Source of the DNA: Candidatus Woesearchaeota archaeon | Lineage (GTDB): Archaea > Nanobdellota > Nanobdellia > Pacearchaeales > GW2011-AR1 | Direction: 5' to 3' | DNA: 64,000 nucleotides | Assembly (NCBI GenBank): GCA_964623495.1 | Contig: CAZUTV010000001.1 | Coordinates: 116,454 to 180,453 of the forward strand | Shown: positions 27,054 through 37,419 of the stretch, one piece after another | Layout of the letters: every line of letters starts with the position of its first letter | Numbering within the stretch: the stretch's first letter is position 1 | Notes under the pieces: model-generated | Told to the model about the DNA's origin: nothing | Seen by the model: the letters and a program-made list of their open reading frames with translations, nothing else | Databases searched by the model: none | Program-made: the position numbers and the translations under genes

Positions 27054-28217
27054 ATGAAAAAGGGGTTGCTAATCTTTGTATCTTTAGTATTAGTATTAAC
27101 TTTATCTATTAGTGCAGAAACCTATGATGCTTCTGAATCTGATCTTGTAAGCGGATACACAAAGGACCTTGAGTCAGGGGACCAGATAGAATTTACAATA
27201 GGCGTAGAAAGGTATGGCCTAAAAGTTAATGCAATATATCAAAACATGATTAAGATAAAAGTTTCCCAAAACGATCCTAAATTTTTGGGAATTTCTGGAA
27301 ATGCAAACCCATCAGAGATAAAACTTGAGCTAGATTTTGACAATTTTTATGACCTCGAAACAAAGTTGAATAGTATAGCAGAAGAAGGAAATGACTCGCT
27401 TATCGCCAGCCTAACCTTAAAAAAAATACATGAAGAAATTCCTGCAAACACGGTCTTGCCATACTCTTGTTATAAAGCCTACGCCTGCCCTAATGGAGAA
27501 AAAATAAAGCAGTGTTGGGAGATAGTTAAGGAAAATGAAACAACTGCTTGCAGATGCCAGGGAGTTTCAACAGAAGATTGTGAAAGCCAGAGGCAAGAAA
27601 AAGCGTGTGAATGGCAGTGTGGGGGCTGGACAGAGTGCATAAATGGAACAAAAACAAGAACCTGTGAAAATCCCATGAACTGCACAAAAGCAGAGCCAGA
27701 AGAATCACAAGCGTGTCAAATTCAGCAGCAAAGCGAGAAAAAAATTCTTAAGTTCGAGAATAAAACAGGGGAAGTGTGCTTGGAAGGTTGCACATGCCAG
27801 GGCGTTGTAATGAGATGTAATCTTGCAGCAGGAAGAGAAATGGTGGTTTATACATCCTCTGGAAACACAATAGTCCAGGTTCAAGGAATTAACATGACAA
27901 CAAATGTTACCTTATACAAAGAAGGGGACATTATTAAAGGAAATTTTTCAGGCAACAGGGAAAAAGAGATAATTCTTCCAGACCGCGTTAAAGAAAATAT
28001 AAAAGAAAAAATTAAATCAACCCTGGAAAATTTGGAGATGGAACTGACAAATGAAGGTTTCTACGAAGCGCACGGAAAAAAGAAAGCGCGTTTATTTTTC
28101 ATAATACCTACAAAAGAAAGCATAAATGCCCAGGTTAATGCAGAAAACGGCCAGATCATAAGCACAAGTAGCTCTTGGTGGGGTTTCCTAGCAAGAGACA
28201 GGAAGGAAAACAATTAA
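27054..28217 (+). CDS. Secreted Cys-rich protein, paralogue of 21004..22059 (shared EWQCGGWTEC...TRTCENPMNCT module)
   Basis: Start placed at MKKGLLIFVSLVLVLTLSISA (signal peptide) rather than the upstream extension overlapping uppS. Conserved Cys module. 33-nt DNA identity with the 21.3 kb copy. Confidence 0.5.
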   Translation: MKKGLLIFVSLVLVLTLSISAETYDASESDLVSGYTKDLESGDQIEFTIGVERYGLKVNAIYQNMIKIKVSQNDPKFLGISGNANPSEIKLELDFDNFYDLETKLNSIAEEGNDSLIASLTLKKIHEEIPANTVLPYSCYKAYACPNGEKIKQCWEIVKENETTACRCQGVSTEDCESQRQEKACEWQCGGWTECINGTKTRTCENPMNCTKAEPEESQACQIQQQSEKKILKFENKTGEVCLEGCTCQGVVMRCNLAAGREMVVYTSSGNTIVQVQGINMTTNVTLYKEGDIIKGNFSGNREKEIILPDRVKENIKEKIKSTLENLEMELTNEGFYEAHGKKKARLFFIIPTKESINAQVNAENGQIISTSSSWWGFLARDRKENN

Positions 28218-28305
28218 TAACCTATATATTTATCGAAAAGATCTTCCTATTAAGTCCCTTCCAAAACCCTTAAATATTGTTAATTCTTTAGATTATTTAG
28301 CTAAA

Positions 28306-30165
28306 ATGCCCAAAAAAAACTCTGAAAAGCAGATACTGTTCTTGACAATGCTTTTAACTGCAAGCGTGGCAATAAATATCTCAATGGTAATTCTAATTCA
28401 CTTAAATAACAACGAGTCTCCTGCATCTGCAATTGTCAAAACATTCACAGGAAACACCCCTTTTGAGATGATCACAAACCAAGTCATTCAGCAGACAGAA
28501 ATAACAAGAGAACCCATCCCAGAAGAGGAAATAACCCCAACACCAATAGATGAAGAAGAAATACCAATCCAAGAACCTGAAGAAGAGCCAACGACCCCTT
28601 ACGAAGAACTGCTAAAAATCGTTATTGTTGATGAAGACGTTATGCCTGTTCCTTATGCCTATTATGATTATGACAGAGACGGAAATATAGATTTAGTTAG
28701 AAAAGAAGTAGATGGAGATTATTATGTTTATAAAAATAAAGGAACAACAGAAGATAAAATATTTAAAGAAGGTACAAAGCTAAACAATTTAGAAGGCAAC
28801 CAAGTGATTGAAAATTATGCAGCAAAATCAACTTCAAGCGTAACAACTCCTGCAGAAACCCAAGTTTGGCTACCTTTCTCCCATCCACGATATGATTTAT
28901 ACATTGATGAGGCATATTATAATTCAAACGGCAACGGGCCTCTTTTAGATGATTTCTTCAACGAGTTTGATGAAAGATTTGCCTTGCTTGAATCAACAAC
29001 TGACTGGAGTTCTGAAGAAAATTCTGTTTATGGAACAAAATTGAGAATAAACGTAACTGCCACTGCCGGATGCTCTGGTGGAAGTGCTTATTTAGGTTAT
29101 GCAAATATTAAACTCTCAAATCCATTATATATGTCTGGATGCGAAATGGCTTATTTTGAAAACGGAATACCACACTTCAGCAACCCCGGAGAATTAGGAG
29201 ATTGGTGGTTTTATATGGGCACAGCAATTCATGAATCTCTTCACGGAATAAATCCAGACTCAGTCATTATAAGACCTTGGTTAACTGAAGGTTTTTCTCA
29301 ATATCAACAATATGGTATCTTATCAAATTACAATGGAAATGGTTTCCTCGATATAAATCAAGAAACAGCAGACACTTATATTTATCAAGGAACTACGGCA
29401 CATAATTGGCCAGCATATGTGACTAATGATTATCATGACACAACCCCCCAAAACAATGAAATTCAATCTAGTGCTGGTTATTCCATAACTGCCTGGATGT
29501 TTTCAATGATGCGAGACAATCATTCTTTAAATTGGAGTGACTTTTATAACCTCATAGAAAATAACCAAGAAATAAGTGATAAAGCAACACAACTATATCT
29601 CCAAACTAGTACCACTCTTCCTTCAGATATGTATCTCATCGACCTCTTCGGCAGAGCATCAAACCTAACATTTAACCAAACCAAAGCAATCTGGGAATAC
29701 GACGGACCTTCAGGGCCTGGCTGGGGGGTCAGAAACTGGGAACTTTTAGATTGGTATGCTGACTTAACCCCAACAAACATCAGCTTTTCAAAAACAAATC
29801 CTGTTAGCGGAGAAACAATAACAGCAACAGCAAATATTTCTAATAACGGGGGTGTTTCTTTAAATCAAGTTTCTGTAAGGTTTTATGCAACAAACACCTC
29901 TGGAAGCACAGTACTTGTTAATGAACAATTTGTGAATTTCAGCTTTCAATCCAGTAAGCAAGTAAATGTTTCAATCAACTCCAGCTTGCTAAATCCAAAA
30001 TATGGCGTTTACAAAATAACAGTAAAGGTTGACGAACCAAACATAAAAATAGAAACAAATGAGTTGAATAACAATTACTCAAGAAATATTACTTTCTATA
30101 CCCCAAGTGGAGGATCTGGCTGCGGATATGATAAAAGAAATAGAAGATACTATGCCTGCGCTTAG
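28306..30165 (+). CDS. Secreted protein with HExxH (AIHESLHG) putative zinc-peptidase motif and C-terminal CARDB-like domain
   Basis: N-terminal TM anchor, Glu/Pro/Thr-rich linker, WWFYMGTAIHESLHG. C-terminal NPVSGETITATANISNNGGVSLNQVSVRFYATN...NNYSRNITF resembles CARDB. Confidence 0.5.
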   Translation: MPKKNSEKQILFLTMLLTASVAINISMVILIHLNNNESPASAIVKTFTGNTPFEMITNQVIQQTEITREPIPEEEITPTPIDEEEIPIQEPEEEPTTPYEELLKIVIVDEDVMPVPYAYYDYDRDGNIDLVRKEVDGDYYVYKNKGTTEDKIFKEGTKLNNLEGNQVIENYAAKSTSSVTTPAETQVWLPFSHPRYDLYIDEAYYNSNGNGPLLDDFFNEFDERFALLESTTDWSSEENSVYGTKLRINVTATAGCSGGSAYLGYANIKLSNPLYMSGCEMAYFENGIPHFSNPGELGDWWFYMGTAIHESLHGINPDSVIIRPWLTEGFSQYQQYGILSNYNGNGFLDINQETADTYIYQGTTAHNWPAYVTNDYHDTTPQNNEIQSSAGYSITAWMFSMMRDNHSLNWSDFYNLIENNQEISDKATQLYLQTSTTLPSDMYLIDLFGRASNLTFNQTKAIWEYDGPSGPGWGVRNWELLDWYADLTPTNISFSKTNPVSGETITATANISNNGGVSLNQVSVRFYATNTSGSTVLVNEQFVNFSFQSSKQVNVSINSSLLNPKYGVYKITVKVDEPNIKIETNELNNNYSRNITFYTPSGGSGCGYDKRNRRYYACA

Positions 30166-30367
30166 GATTAATATCTCGTCATCTTGCTAAAATCATTAAA
30201 AACAAATGGGTCCTATACTAAGATTTAGCTCTACAAACTTTTAACCAACTAATACATTAAGTGACCTAAAATGCAGATAAAATTCCAAGATTGTCTCTCT
30301 AAACTAAAAATCAAAATATCTTTCAAGAAATAATAAGCTTTAAATACCAAAAAACCTATAACCTATA

Positions 30368-32908
30368 ATGGAAAAAAGAGGGGTGAAAAAGAGCTTTGTA
30401 ATCTTTGCTCTTTTTATAATATTCACACTTTCTATTTCATTAGTTTCTGCAAGTTTTTTCGCTGATTTCTTTAAAAAATTCATTACAGGAAGAGCCACTG
30501 GTGGTGAAGGCACTAACTGTGTTGATTCAGACGGACAGTGGAATTATAATGTTGCAGGAACAGTAACTTTGGGTATTGATGAAGGATCGGTAGTATATTA
30601 TGATGTTTGTGAAGAAAATATTGCTTATGATTATTACTGTGATGTGGGTGATCCATTTTATGCGAAAGCATTTCTTCCACTCACAGGAGGGGTTATAGGT
30701 GACCCTCCTTTGCCTGCCAAGGTATCAAGTAGAAACTGTGCCGAATCTGGCCAAATCTGCTGGAGCGGAGGCAGGTGTGGCTGCAACATTGCTGGAAAAA
30801 TAACCTGCGGGCCTCCTGAAGCAGGAATTGGGGTTTGCACAAGCGGAACAACCACCTGCAGCAATGGAAATTACGGACCGTGTACTGGAGCAGTTTATCC
30901 TTCAACAGAAATTTGTGATGGATTAGACAATAATTGTAACCATGCTGTTGATGATTATGCTACTTGCCCAAGCGGGCAAACCTGCACAGGAGGACAGTGT
31001 GTTCAAAGCGCATGCACCCCTGCAACATGTACTAGTCTGGGAAAACAATGTGGATCTTGGACTAATGGAACTTGCAGTGGAACAGTAAATTGTGGAAGTT
31101 GTTCTACAGGATACATTTGTAACGAAGGCGTATGTGAACCACAACAATGCACCCCAAATATAGATAAATTAGATTGCACAGTCCCAAACAAACAAGGGAT
31201 ATGTGCTCAGGGCCAAAAAACATGTTTAGCTGATGGAAGTGGCTACGGAATATGTCAGCAAGTAGTTCAACCAACAACAGAAACCTGCAATAACTTAGAT
31301 GATAATTGCGATGGAACAATAGATAATTCAACAGACGCTAACAATTGGTGCCAAGCACAACCGTCATACGGTGCAAACTACACTTGCATCGGAGGTTCAT
31401 GTATTCCACCATCTTGTCAGACAAAAACAAAAACCCAAGTATGTGATGATCAAAACATAAGGTGTGGGGAAGTTTCTGACGGCTGTGGGGGAACAATTAG
31501 CTGTGGTGTTTGTGGGCAAGGATTAACATGCACAAACGGCCAGTGTGTACAAGGCCAGGAATGCACACAAGATTCTAACTGCGCTTCTGGAAAAATATGC
31601 ACAAATTCCGGCAAGTGCAAAAATCAGTGTACGGATTTAGATGGCGACGGAAGAATCAAAGAATCAGCGGCAAGCTTTAACTCAGCATCTGGTTGCGGTT
31701 ACAGACCAACAACATCCAACAACCCACAAGGTTTAGCAATGAACACTATACCTAACTACCAGCTCCTTGCAACAGGCACTGATGACGCTCCTTTAGGATA
31801 CGAAGACTGCAATGATACTGATCCAAAAATCTACCCCGGAGCAGCAGAAACGTGCAACAATATAGACGACAATTGCAACAATGAAATAGACGACGGCCTT
31901 ATAGGAAACCAGCTGACTTGTGTTACAGAAGAATACGGATGCATAGGTGTTTTTCAGGACTGCTATTTTGGGGTCCATTATGATTCCTGTTCATCTTTGA
32001 ATTTTAAAGATGCCCAAGCAGCAGAAGTTTGCGGAGATAACTTCGATGATAACTGCGATGCTGATGGAAGTCTCGTTGACGGATGCACTCAGCCATGCAC
32101 TGATGGAGACACCTCTTCATGTAGGACAGACAACCCTTGTGAAGAAGCAGAGCAAACCTGCACAAACGGAGTATGGGGAGCATGTAAGGTGGTATCCACA
32201 GATCCTGATTGCGATGAAGAAACCGCATGCACTCCTTTGGAACAGGAAATTTGCGGAAAGAATGTGGGGATCTGCTCTGTAGGATCCAGAACCTGCAAGA
32301 CAGACGGAACATGGGGAGAGTGCACTGATGTAAAGCCAGTATCTGAAATATGTAATGATAATCTAGATAATGACTGTGACGAAGAAACAGATGAAAACTG
32401 CCAAACAGGTTCATCAAGCTCTTCCTCATCAAGTTCTAGCTCTTCAAGCAGTTCTTCTTCGGGCGGAGGAATAGAAGAAGAAAACACAAGCTTCTGGGAC
32501 AGACTAATTAACTTTTTCCTTGCAATATTCAGAGTAGGCCAGGTATTGCTCGGAGGATCAATAACTCCTTCAACAACTCCTGCTGCAACAGAAGTATTCT
32601 GTGCAGATTCAGATAATGGAAAATCTATCTTTGTAAAAGGCACAGGAGAGGGGCTTAACATGCAGGATATAAAAACATTCTTCACAGATACCTGCTTTGA
32701 AGGCGATTTAAATAATCAGGTTGAATCGTGCTTAGACGAAAATTGCTACCTAGCAGAACATTTCTGCGAAAACAAGTATGTAAAATATGAAAGAGAAGAA
32801 TGTGACTTCGGATGTTCTCAGGGCGCATGTCTTCCAACAGAACAAAGCCAGAATTGTGAGCCTTACCTTGATGAAGAAACATTCCAACTGGTAAACCCTT
32901 GTGAATGA
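30368..32908 (+). CDS. Large secreted Cys-rich protein with multiple MopE-like (C-x-D/N-x-D-N-D/N-C-D/N...D) putative metal-binding repeats and an 18-residue poly-Ser tract
   Basis: Signal peptide; repeats EICDGLDNNCNHAVDD, ETCNNLDDNCDGTIDN, ETCNNIDDNCNNEIDD, EVCGDNFDDNCDADGS, EICNDNLDNDCDEETDENC. Over 90 Cys. Poly-Ser SSSSSSSSSSSSSSSSSS. Confidence 0.55.
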   Translation: MEKRGVKKSFVIFALFIIFTLSISLVSASFFADFFKKFITGRATGGEGTNCVDSDGQWNYNVAGTVTLGIDEGSVVYYDVCEENIAYDYYCDVGDPFYAKAFLPLTGGVIGDPPLPAKVSSRNCAESGQICWSGGRCGCNIAGKITCGPPEAGIGVCTSGTTTCSNGNYGPCTGAVYPSTEICDGLDNNCNHAVDDYATCPSGQTCTGGQCVQSACTPATCTSLGKQCGSWTNGTCSGTVNCGSCSTGYICNEGVCEPQQCTPNIDKLDCTVPNKQGICAQGQKTCLADGSGYGICQQVVQPTTETCNNLDDNCDGTIDNSTDANNWCQAQPSYGANYTCIGGSCIPPSCQTKTKTQVCDDQNIRCGEVSDGCGGTISCGVCGQGLTCTNGQCVQGQECTQDSNCASGKICTNSGKCKNQCTDLDGDGRIKESAASFNSASGCGYRPTTSNNPQGLAMNTIPNYQLLATGTDDAPLGYEDCNDTDPKIYPGAAETCNNIDDNCNNEIDDGLIGNQLTCVTEEYGCIGVFQDCYFGVHYDSCSSLNFKDAQAAEVCGDNFDDNCDADGSLVDGCTQPCTDGDTSSCRTDNPCEEAEQTCTNGVWGACKVVSTDPDCDEETACTPLEQEICGKNVGICSVGSRTCKTDGTWGECTDVKPVSEICNDNLDNDCDEETDENCQTGSSSSSSSSSSSSSSSSSGGGIEEENTSFWDRLINFFLAIFRVGQVLLGGSITPSTTPAATEVFCADSDNGKSIFVKGTGEGLNMQDIKTFFTDTCFEGDLNNQVESCLDENCYLAEHFCENKYVKYEREECDFGCSQGACLPTEQSQNCEPYLDEETFQLVNPCE

Positions 32909-33056
32909 TTCTATTTTTTATAATTTAGGGATATTAATAAAAAGCAGGTAATAAAGAATAATGTATTCCTAACTAAGAATATAATAGTTCACAATCTCTC
33001 CAAACTTAACAGACCATCAAATAAATATTTATAATCTCCCTAATTCTTACTAAATT

Positions 33057-33860
33057 ATGGCCACATACTCATACTCAAGACTAACTACCTTTGAGCAATG
33101 CCCTTTGAAATTCAAATTTAGGTATATTGACAGGATAATTCCCAAAATAGAAAAGAGTTTTGAGGCACATCTTGGCAAAGTAGTCCACTCTTCCTTAGAA
33201 TGGCTATATACCCAGGTTAAAGAAAACAAGATTCCAGGCATAGATGAGCTAATCTCCGAATATATAAATAACTGGCAGGAAGAATACTCTCCAGAAATGA
33301 TAAATAACACAAGTTTAACGCCAGAAGACTATCTCAATAAGGGAATCCAGTTCCTTACTACTTACTACACCCAAAACCATCCGTTTGATGATAATACCAT
33401 AGAAGTCGAAAAAGAAATTATTGTTGAGCTTGATGGCAAGGAGCATAAAATTCTCGGCTTTATAGATCGGCTTGCATACAACATCCAAACAGGAGAATAT
33501 GAAATCCACGACTATAAAACAGCCAACAATCCACCTTCAAAGGAAAAATTAGAAAAAGACAGGCAGCTGGCCCTATACTCTCTAGCAATAAAAAGCATAT
33601 ACGGTCAGGAAAAAGAAGTCAAGATGGTCTGGCACTTTCTTGCATACAACACAAGAGTGAGTATAAAAAAAACAAACCAAGAATTGGATCAATTGAAAAA
33701 AGAAACCCTTGAGCTAATAAACAAAATAGAATCTACAAAAGAATTCTCTCCTTGCAAGTCTCCTCTATGCAACTGGTGTGAATATAAGCCAATCTGCCCT
33801 GCTTGGGGAAACGCCGAAATAAATAAGTATCCGACCCTAAAGAAATACATCAAGGAATAA
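33057..33860 (+). CDS. PD-(D/E)XK nuclease of the Cas4/RecB-exonuclease type with four-Cys Fe-S cluster signature (standalone)
   Basis: N-terminal Cys (FEQCPLKFKFRY), core GFIDRLAY...YEIHDYKT (D..E.K active-site pattern), C-terminal CNWCEYKPICP. No cas genes or CRISPR array in the window. Confidence 0.65.
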   Translation: MATYSYSRLTTFEQCPLKFKFRYIDRIIPKIEKSFEAHLGKVVHSSLEWLYTQVKENKIPGIDELISEYINNWQEEYSPEMINNTSLTPEDYLNKGIQFLTTYYTQNHPFDDNTIEVEKEIIVELDGKEHKILGFIDRLAYNIQTGEYEIHDYKTANNPPSKEKLEKDRQLALYSLAIKSIYGQEKEVKMVWHFLAYNTRVSIKKTNQELDQLKKETLELINKIESTKEFSPCKSPLCNWCEYKPICPAWGNAEINKYPTLKKYIKE

Positions 33861-33901
33861 AAACCTTTAAAAAAAGCAATTTCCTTTATTAATCATAAAA
33901 G

Positions 33902-34228
33902 ATGGTGAAGAATAAGCCTTTTGAAAAAAGGTTTCCAAAAACTAATAAAGGAAAAGACTTAGAGCTTCCTGTATGGACTGCAGATGGATTTGTTGGAATT
34001 CTTGGCTTAATGATATACAACTTTATTCTTTACTTACTCAAAATTGCAGGGGCAGGTGGAATAATTGCAAAAATGGAAGAAACAATGGGCTATTTCACAT
34101 TAAATACTTTCGTTGATCTTGGGTTTTCCCCTGGAGAAATGTTCTTTGGGTTGATAATAACCTTGATAGTTTCATTTTTGCTTGGAGTTTTCATAGCAAA
34201 AATAGTGAGAAAAAACAGAAAAAGATAA
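33902..34228 (+). CDS. Small membrane protein (hypothetical)
   Basis: Three predicted hydrophobic helices. Confidence 0.3.
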   Translation: MVKNKPFEKRFPKTNKGKDLELPVWTADGFVGILGLMIYNFILYLLKIAGAGGIIAKMEETMGYFTLNTFVDLGFSPGEMFFGLIITLIVSFLLGVFIAKIVRKNRKR

Positions 34229-34245
34229 AAAATAAAAAATTTTAA

Positions 34246-34331
34246 TTCTGATTAGAATCTTCTTGGATTTCTTCCGGAGTTTTTACAAAGTAAAACTACG
34301 TGAAATCTGAATTAGAATCTTCTTGGATTTC
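34246..34331. repeat. Two ~25-nt direct repeats (ctga(a)ttagaatcttcttggatttctt) 59 nt apart; the distal copy duplicates the last 5 codons plus stop of the zinc-ribbon gene
   Basis: Copy 1 at 34246..34271, copy 2 at 34305..34331. Copy 2 overlaps the stop and C-terminal NPRRF codons of the minus-strand gene 34312..34509. Confidence 0.5.
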
Positions 34332-34509
34332 TTTTATTATAGCAATCTTTGCAGTAAACTGGCTTGCCTTCTGTTGGCTTGAAAGGAACTTCACAGTCTT
34401 TCTTACATTCAGAACATACTGCTTTGTGCATTTCTCTAGGTCCGCCAAAATCTCTTCTGGGTCCCCTATTAAAACCGCCACTTCTTGGTCTGTCATCAAA
34501 TCTTCCCAT
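34312..34509 (-). CDS. Small zinc-ribbon protein with RGG/Arg-Gly-rich N-terminus (zf-trcl-like CxxC-x9-PF.P..G.PVYC..CY), probable nucleic-acid binder
   Basis: MGRFDDRPRSGGFNRGPRRDFGGPRE then CSECKKDCEVPFKPTEGKPVYCKDCY. Overlapping alternative-frame ORFs (34296..34529 -, 34300..34539 +) judged less likely. Confidence 0.5.
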   Translation of the reverse strand: MGRFDDRPRSGGFNRGPRRDFGGPREMHKAVCSECKKDCEVPFKPTEGKPVYCKDCYNKRNPRRF

Positions 34510-34618
34510 GATATAATACCTCCATACACTACTATATAGAAAAAGCTACTTTGTTTGTTTCTTGTTCTATACTAAAAAAAAGACAAATTCTGGGTATTTA
34601 AAGATATGGATTGGGGTT

Positions 34619-34882
34619 TTAAACCGTTCTTGCAATTATTCTGGGCAAAGCGCAGATCCTAAGGAAATTTGTAGAAGAATCTTGGATATAAGTTGCAACT
34701 GAGGTTCTAAACCCCGCCACTCTCAATTCAAGCCCTTCATTACTAGTCATTGATCCATTATCTGGATTATAAAAAATACTCTCACTCATTCTAGGCAAAG
34801 AATCTAAATCAACAATAGCTTCTGACCATGAACCTTCTTGATTATAAAGTAAAGAACATCTCATAAAAAAATATAAGATCAA
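34619..34882 (-). CDS. Hypothetical protein
   Basis: 87-aa ORF upstream of gyrA. No motif recognised. Confidence 0.25.
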   Translation of the reverse strand: MILYFFMRCSLLYNQEGSWSEAIVDLDSLPRMSESIFYNPDNGSMTSNEGLELRVAGFRTSVATYIQDSSTNFLRICALPRIIARTV

Positions 34883-34911
34883 TATTTTTAAAGATTTATA
34901 TAAAAAATAAA

Positions 34912-37419
34912 CTATTTATTTTCCTCTTCAATAATCCCGCCGTTCCCATTCTCTTCAACAACCCTTGCAATGTCAGTTACAGAGTCGCCTGCTTGCAATT
35001 TAACTACACGAACTCCCTGCGCAGATCTTCCCATAACCCTAATATTATCCAAGCTAGTCCTAATAACAATTCCCTTGGCTGTAGAGATAATCAAGCCATC
35101 GCTGTCATTTACAGAAACAGTATTAACGACATCCCCTGTCTTGTCCGAGATTTTTACATTAATCACGCCTTTTCCCGCTCTTGCGGTTTTCCTATAATCT
35201 TCTACAACAGTTCTTTTTCCGTATCCATTCTTTGTAATGGTGAATATTGCTGCTGTTTCTAAAACCTCCAGGCTGACCACTTCATCATTTCCATCAAGTT
35301 TTATTCCAGTAACCCCATAGCTGGATCTCCCCATCTCACGAACTTCACTTTCATTGAATCTAATCGCCTTTCCGTGTTTTGTAGCAAGCAATATTTCCTG
35401 GCCTTTCTTTAAAAGTTCAACACCAATAAGATTGTCAGAATTATCTGCAGGAAGACTTATTGCCCTAATTCCAGAAGCCCTTGGATTTGAAAAATGGCTT
35501 AAAGCTATTTTTTTAACAACGCCTTTTTTGGTTGCCATAAACAAGTGATCATCAAACTTCTTCACGCTTATAACCTTGGTTACATTTTCATTGCTTAAAT
35601 TTAACATGTTTATTATTGCTTTTCCTTTCCCGTATCTCTCTGCTTCAGGAACCTCATAAGCCTTAAGCCATAACACTCTTCCCCTTGAAGTAAAAAACAT
35701 CAAATAATCGTGAGTCGAGCAGGAGATAAGCTGCTTTACAAAATCTCCGGTGGCTAATCCACTCCCTATAACTCCTTTTCCTCCTCTTTTCTGCTCTTTG
35801 TAAGTCTTAACGTCCATTCTCTTGCAATATCCTTTGTCAGTTATAGTAATAATGACTTCCTTCATTTGAATAAGATCTTTCTCAGAAATCTCGCTTACTC
35901 TTTGCAGTACCTGTGTCCTTCTTTTATCCCCATACTTATTTTTCAACTCAGAGACTTCCTTGGTAATAATCTTCAAAACCTCCTTAACATCTGCCAATAT
36001 TGCTTCAAGCTCTGCAATTTTTTTCTTCAATTCCTCAGCTTCTTTTTTTAACTTTTCAACTTCAAGAGAAGTAAGCTGCTGCAACTTAGTTTCAAGAACA
36101 GCCTGTGCCTGCTTCTTAGTCAGCTTAAACTTGCTCATTAAAGAATCGGAAGCTTCTGCAGCAGTTTTTGACTTCTTAATCAAAGTTATTATTTCATCAA
36201 TATTCTTTAATGCAATTAACAATCCCTCAACAATCTCCTGCCTCTCCTTAGCAACCTTCAGCTCAAATTTTGTCCTATTAGTTATGATATGTTTTCTATA
36301 TTTGACATATTCTGAAAGAAAATCTTTAATGTTTAAAACTCTCGGCTGTCCGTTGACCAATGTAAGAAAGTTAGCACTAAACGAATCCTGAAGCCTAGTG
36401 TATTTATACAAAGAGTTAATTACAAATTTGGAATTGGTTCCTTTTCTTAATTCAAGAACAATTCTTATCTTGCCCTTAGCACTCTCGTCCCTTAAATCAG
36501 ACACATCCTTTATTTTCTTGTTCTGGATCATATCTGCTATTTGGGTTATTAAATCTGTTTTATTAACCATATAAGGAATCTCGGTTATAACAACAGCCTC
36601 CTTATTCTTTAAAGTCTCTACGCTTGTTCTTCCTCTAACCAGCATCTTTCCCTTTCCGGCCTTATACATTTCAAGCATATTTCCCTGCACTAAACCGCCG
36701 GTTGGAAAATCAGGGCCGTTAATGACATTACATATGTCCTCGATAGATATATCTGGATTTTTTATATAAGAAATAATTGCATCACAAACTTCAACTAAAT
36801 TGTGGGGGGGGATATTTGTAGCCATCCCGACAGCAATTCCACTAGCGCCATTTAAGATCAAAGCAGGAAGCTTTCCGGGAAGCAATTCTGGCTCTTTCAT
36901 AGAATTATCATAATTAGGAATAAACTTCACGGTTTCTTTGTCAATATCTTGAAGCAGTTCCATAGAAATTGGAAGAAGCCTTGCCTCAGTATACCTCTGT
37001 GCTGCAGGCGGATCTCCATCAATGCTCCCAAAATTTCCCTGTCCAAAAACAAGAGGATATCTTAATGAAAAATCCTGGGCCATTCTTACTAAAGCATCAT
37101 AAACAGCAGCGTCCCCGTGAGGATGGAACTTACCCATAGTATCTCCAACAATTCTGGCAGATTTTTTGGTTTGAGTGCCGGGCTTTAACCCCATAAGGTT
37201 CATTGCATGGAGAATTCTTCTCTGAACAGGCTTTAATCCGTCTTCAATTGAAGGAATTGCCCTAGAAACAATAACACTCATAGCATAATCAAGGTAAGAT
37301 TTTTTGACTTCTTCAGATATCTCTGTCTGAAAAACTCCTTTTTCTGATTCGACATTATGGCGATTCAAACCGGGCTTGCGAGTGTCTATCTCTTTTCCGT
37401 TTTCTTTTTCGTCGGTCAT
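34912..37419 (-). CDS. gyrA: DNA gyrase subunit A
   Basis: [28 protein letters not shown], catalytic-Tyr region [36 protein letters not shown]-terminal beta-pinwheel repeats. Confidence 0.95.
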   Translation of the reverse strand: MTDEKENGKEIDTRKPGLNRHNVESEKGVFQTEISEEVKKSYLDYAMSVIVSRAIPSIEDGLKPVQRRILHAMNLMGLKPGTQTKKSARIVGDTMGKFHPHGDAAVYDALVRMAQDFSLRYPLVFGQGNFGSIDGDPPAAQRYTEARLLPISMELLQDIDKETVKFIPNYDNSMKEPELLPGKLPALILNGASGIAVGMATNIPPHNLVEVCDAIISYIKNPDISIEDICNVINGPDFPTGGLVQGNMLEMYKAGKGKMLVRGRTSVETLKNKEAVVITEIPYMVNKTDLITQIADMIQNKKIKDVSDLRDESAKGKIRIVLELRKGTNSKFVINSLYKYTRLQDSFSANFLTLVNGQPRVLNIKDFLSEYVKYRKHIITNRTKFELKVAKERQEIVEGLLIALKNIDEIITLIKKSKTAAEASDSLMSKFKLTKKQAQAVLETKLQQLTSLEVEKLKKEAEELKKKIAELEAILADVKEVLKIITKEVSELKNKYGDKRRTQVLQRVSEISEKDLIQMKEVIITITDKGYCKRMDVKTYKEQKRGGKGVIGSGLATGDFVKQLISCSTHDYLMFFTSRGRVLWLKAYEVPEAERYGKGKAIINMLNLSNENVTKVISVKKFDDHLFMATKKGVVKKIALSHFSNPRASGIRAISLPADNSDNLIGVELLKKGQEILLATKHGKAIRFNESEVREMGRSSYGVTGIKLDGNDEVVSLEVLETAAIFTITKNGYGKRTVVEDYRKTARAGKGVINVKISDKTGDVVNTVSVNDSDGLIISTAKGIVIRTSLDNIRVMGRSAQGVRVVKLQAGDSVTDIARVVEENGNGGIIEEENK

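Noticed and set aside
34246-34331. CRISPR array
   Set aside because: Only two copies of a 25-nt repeat with a 34-nt spacer. No further repeats, no cas1/cas2. The repeat is a copy of a gene's 3' end. No CRISPR-like array was found anywhere in the 64 kb by eye.
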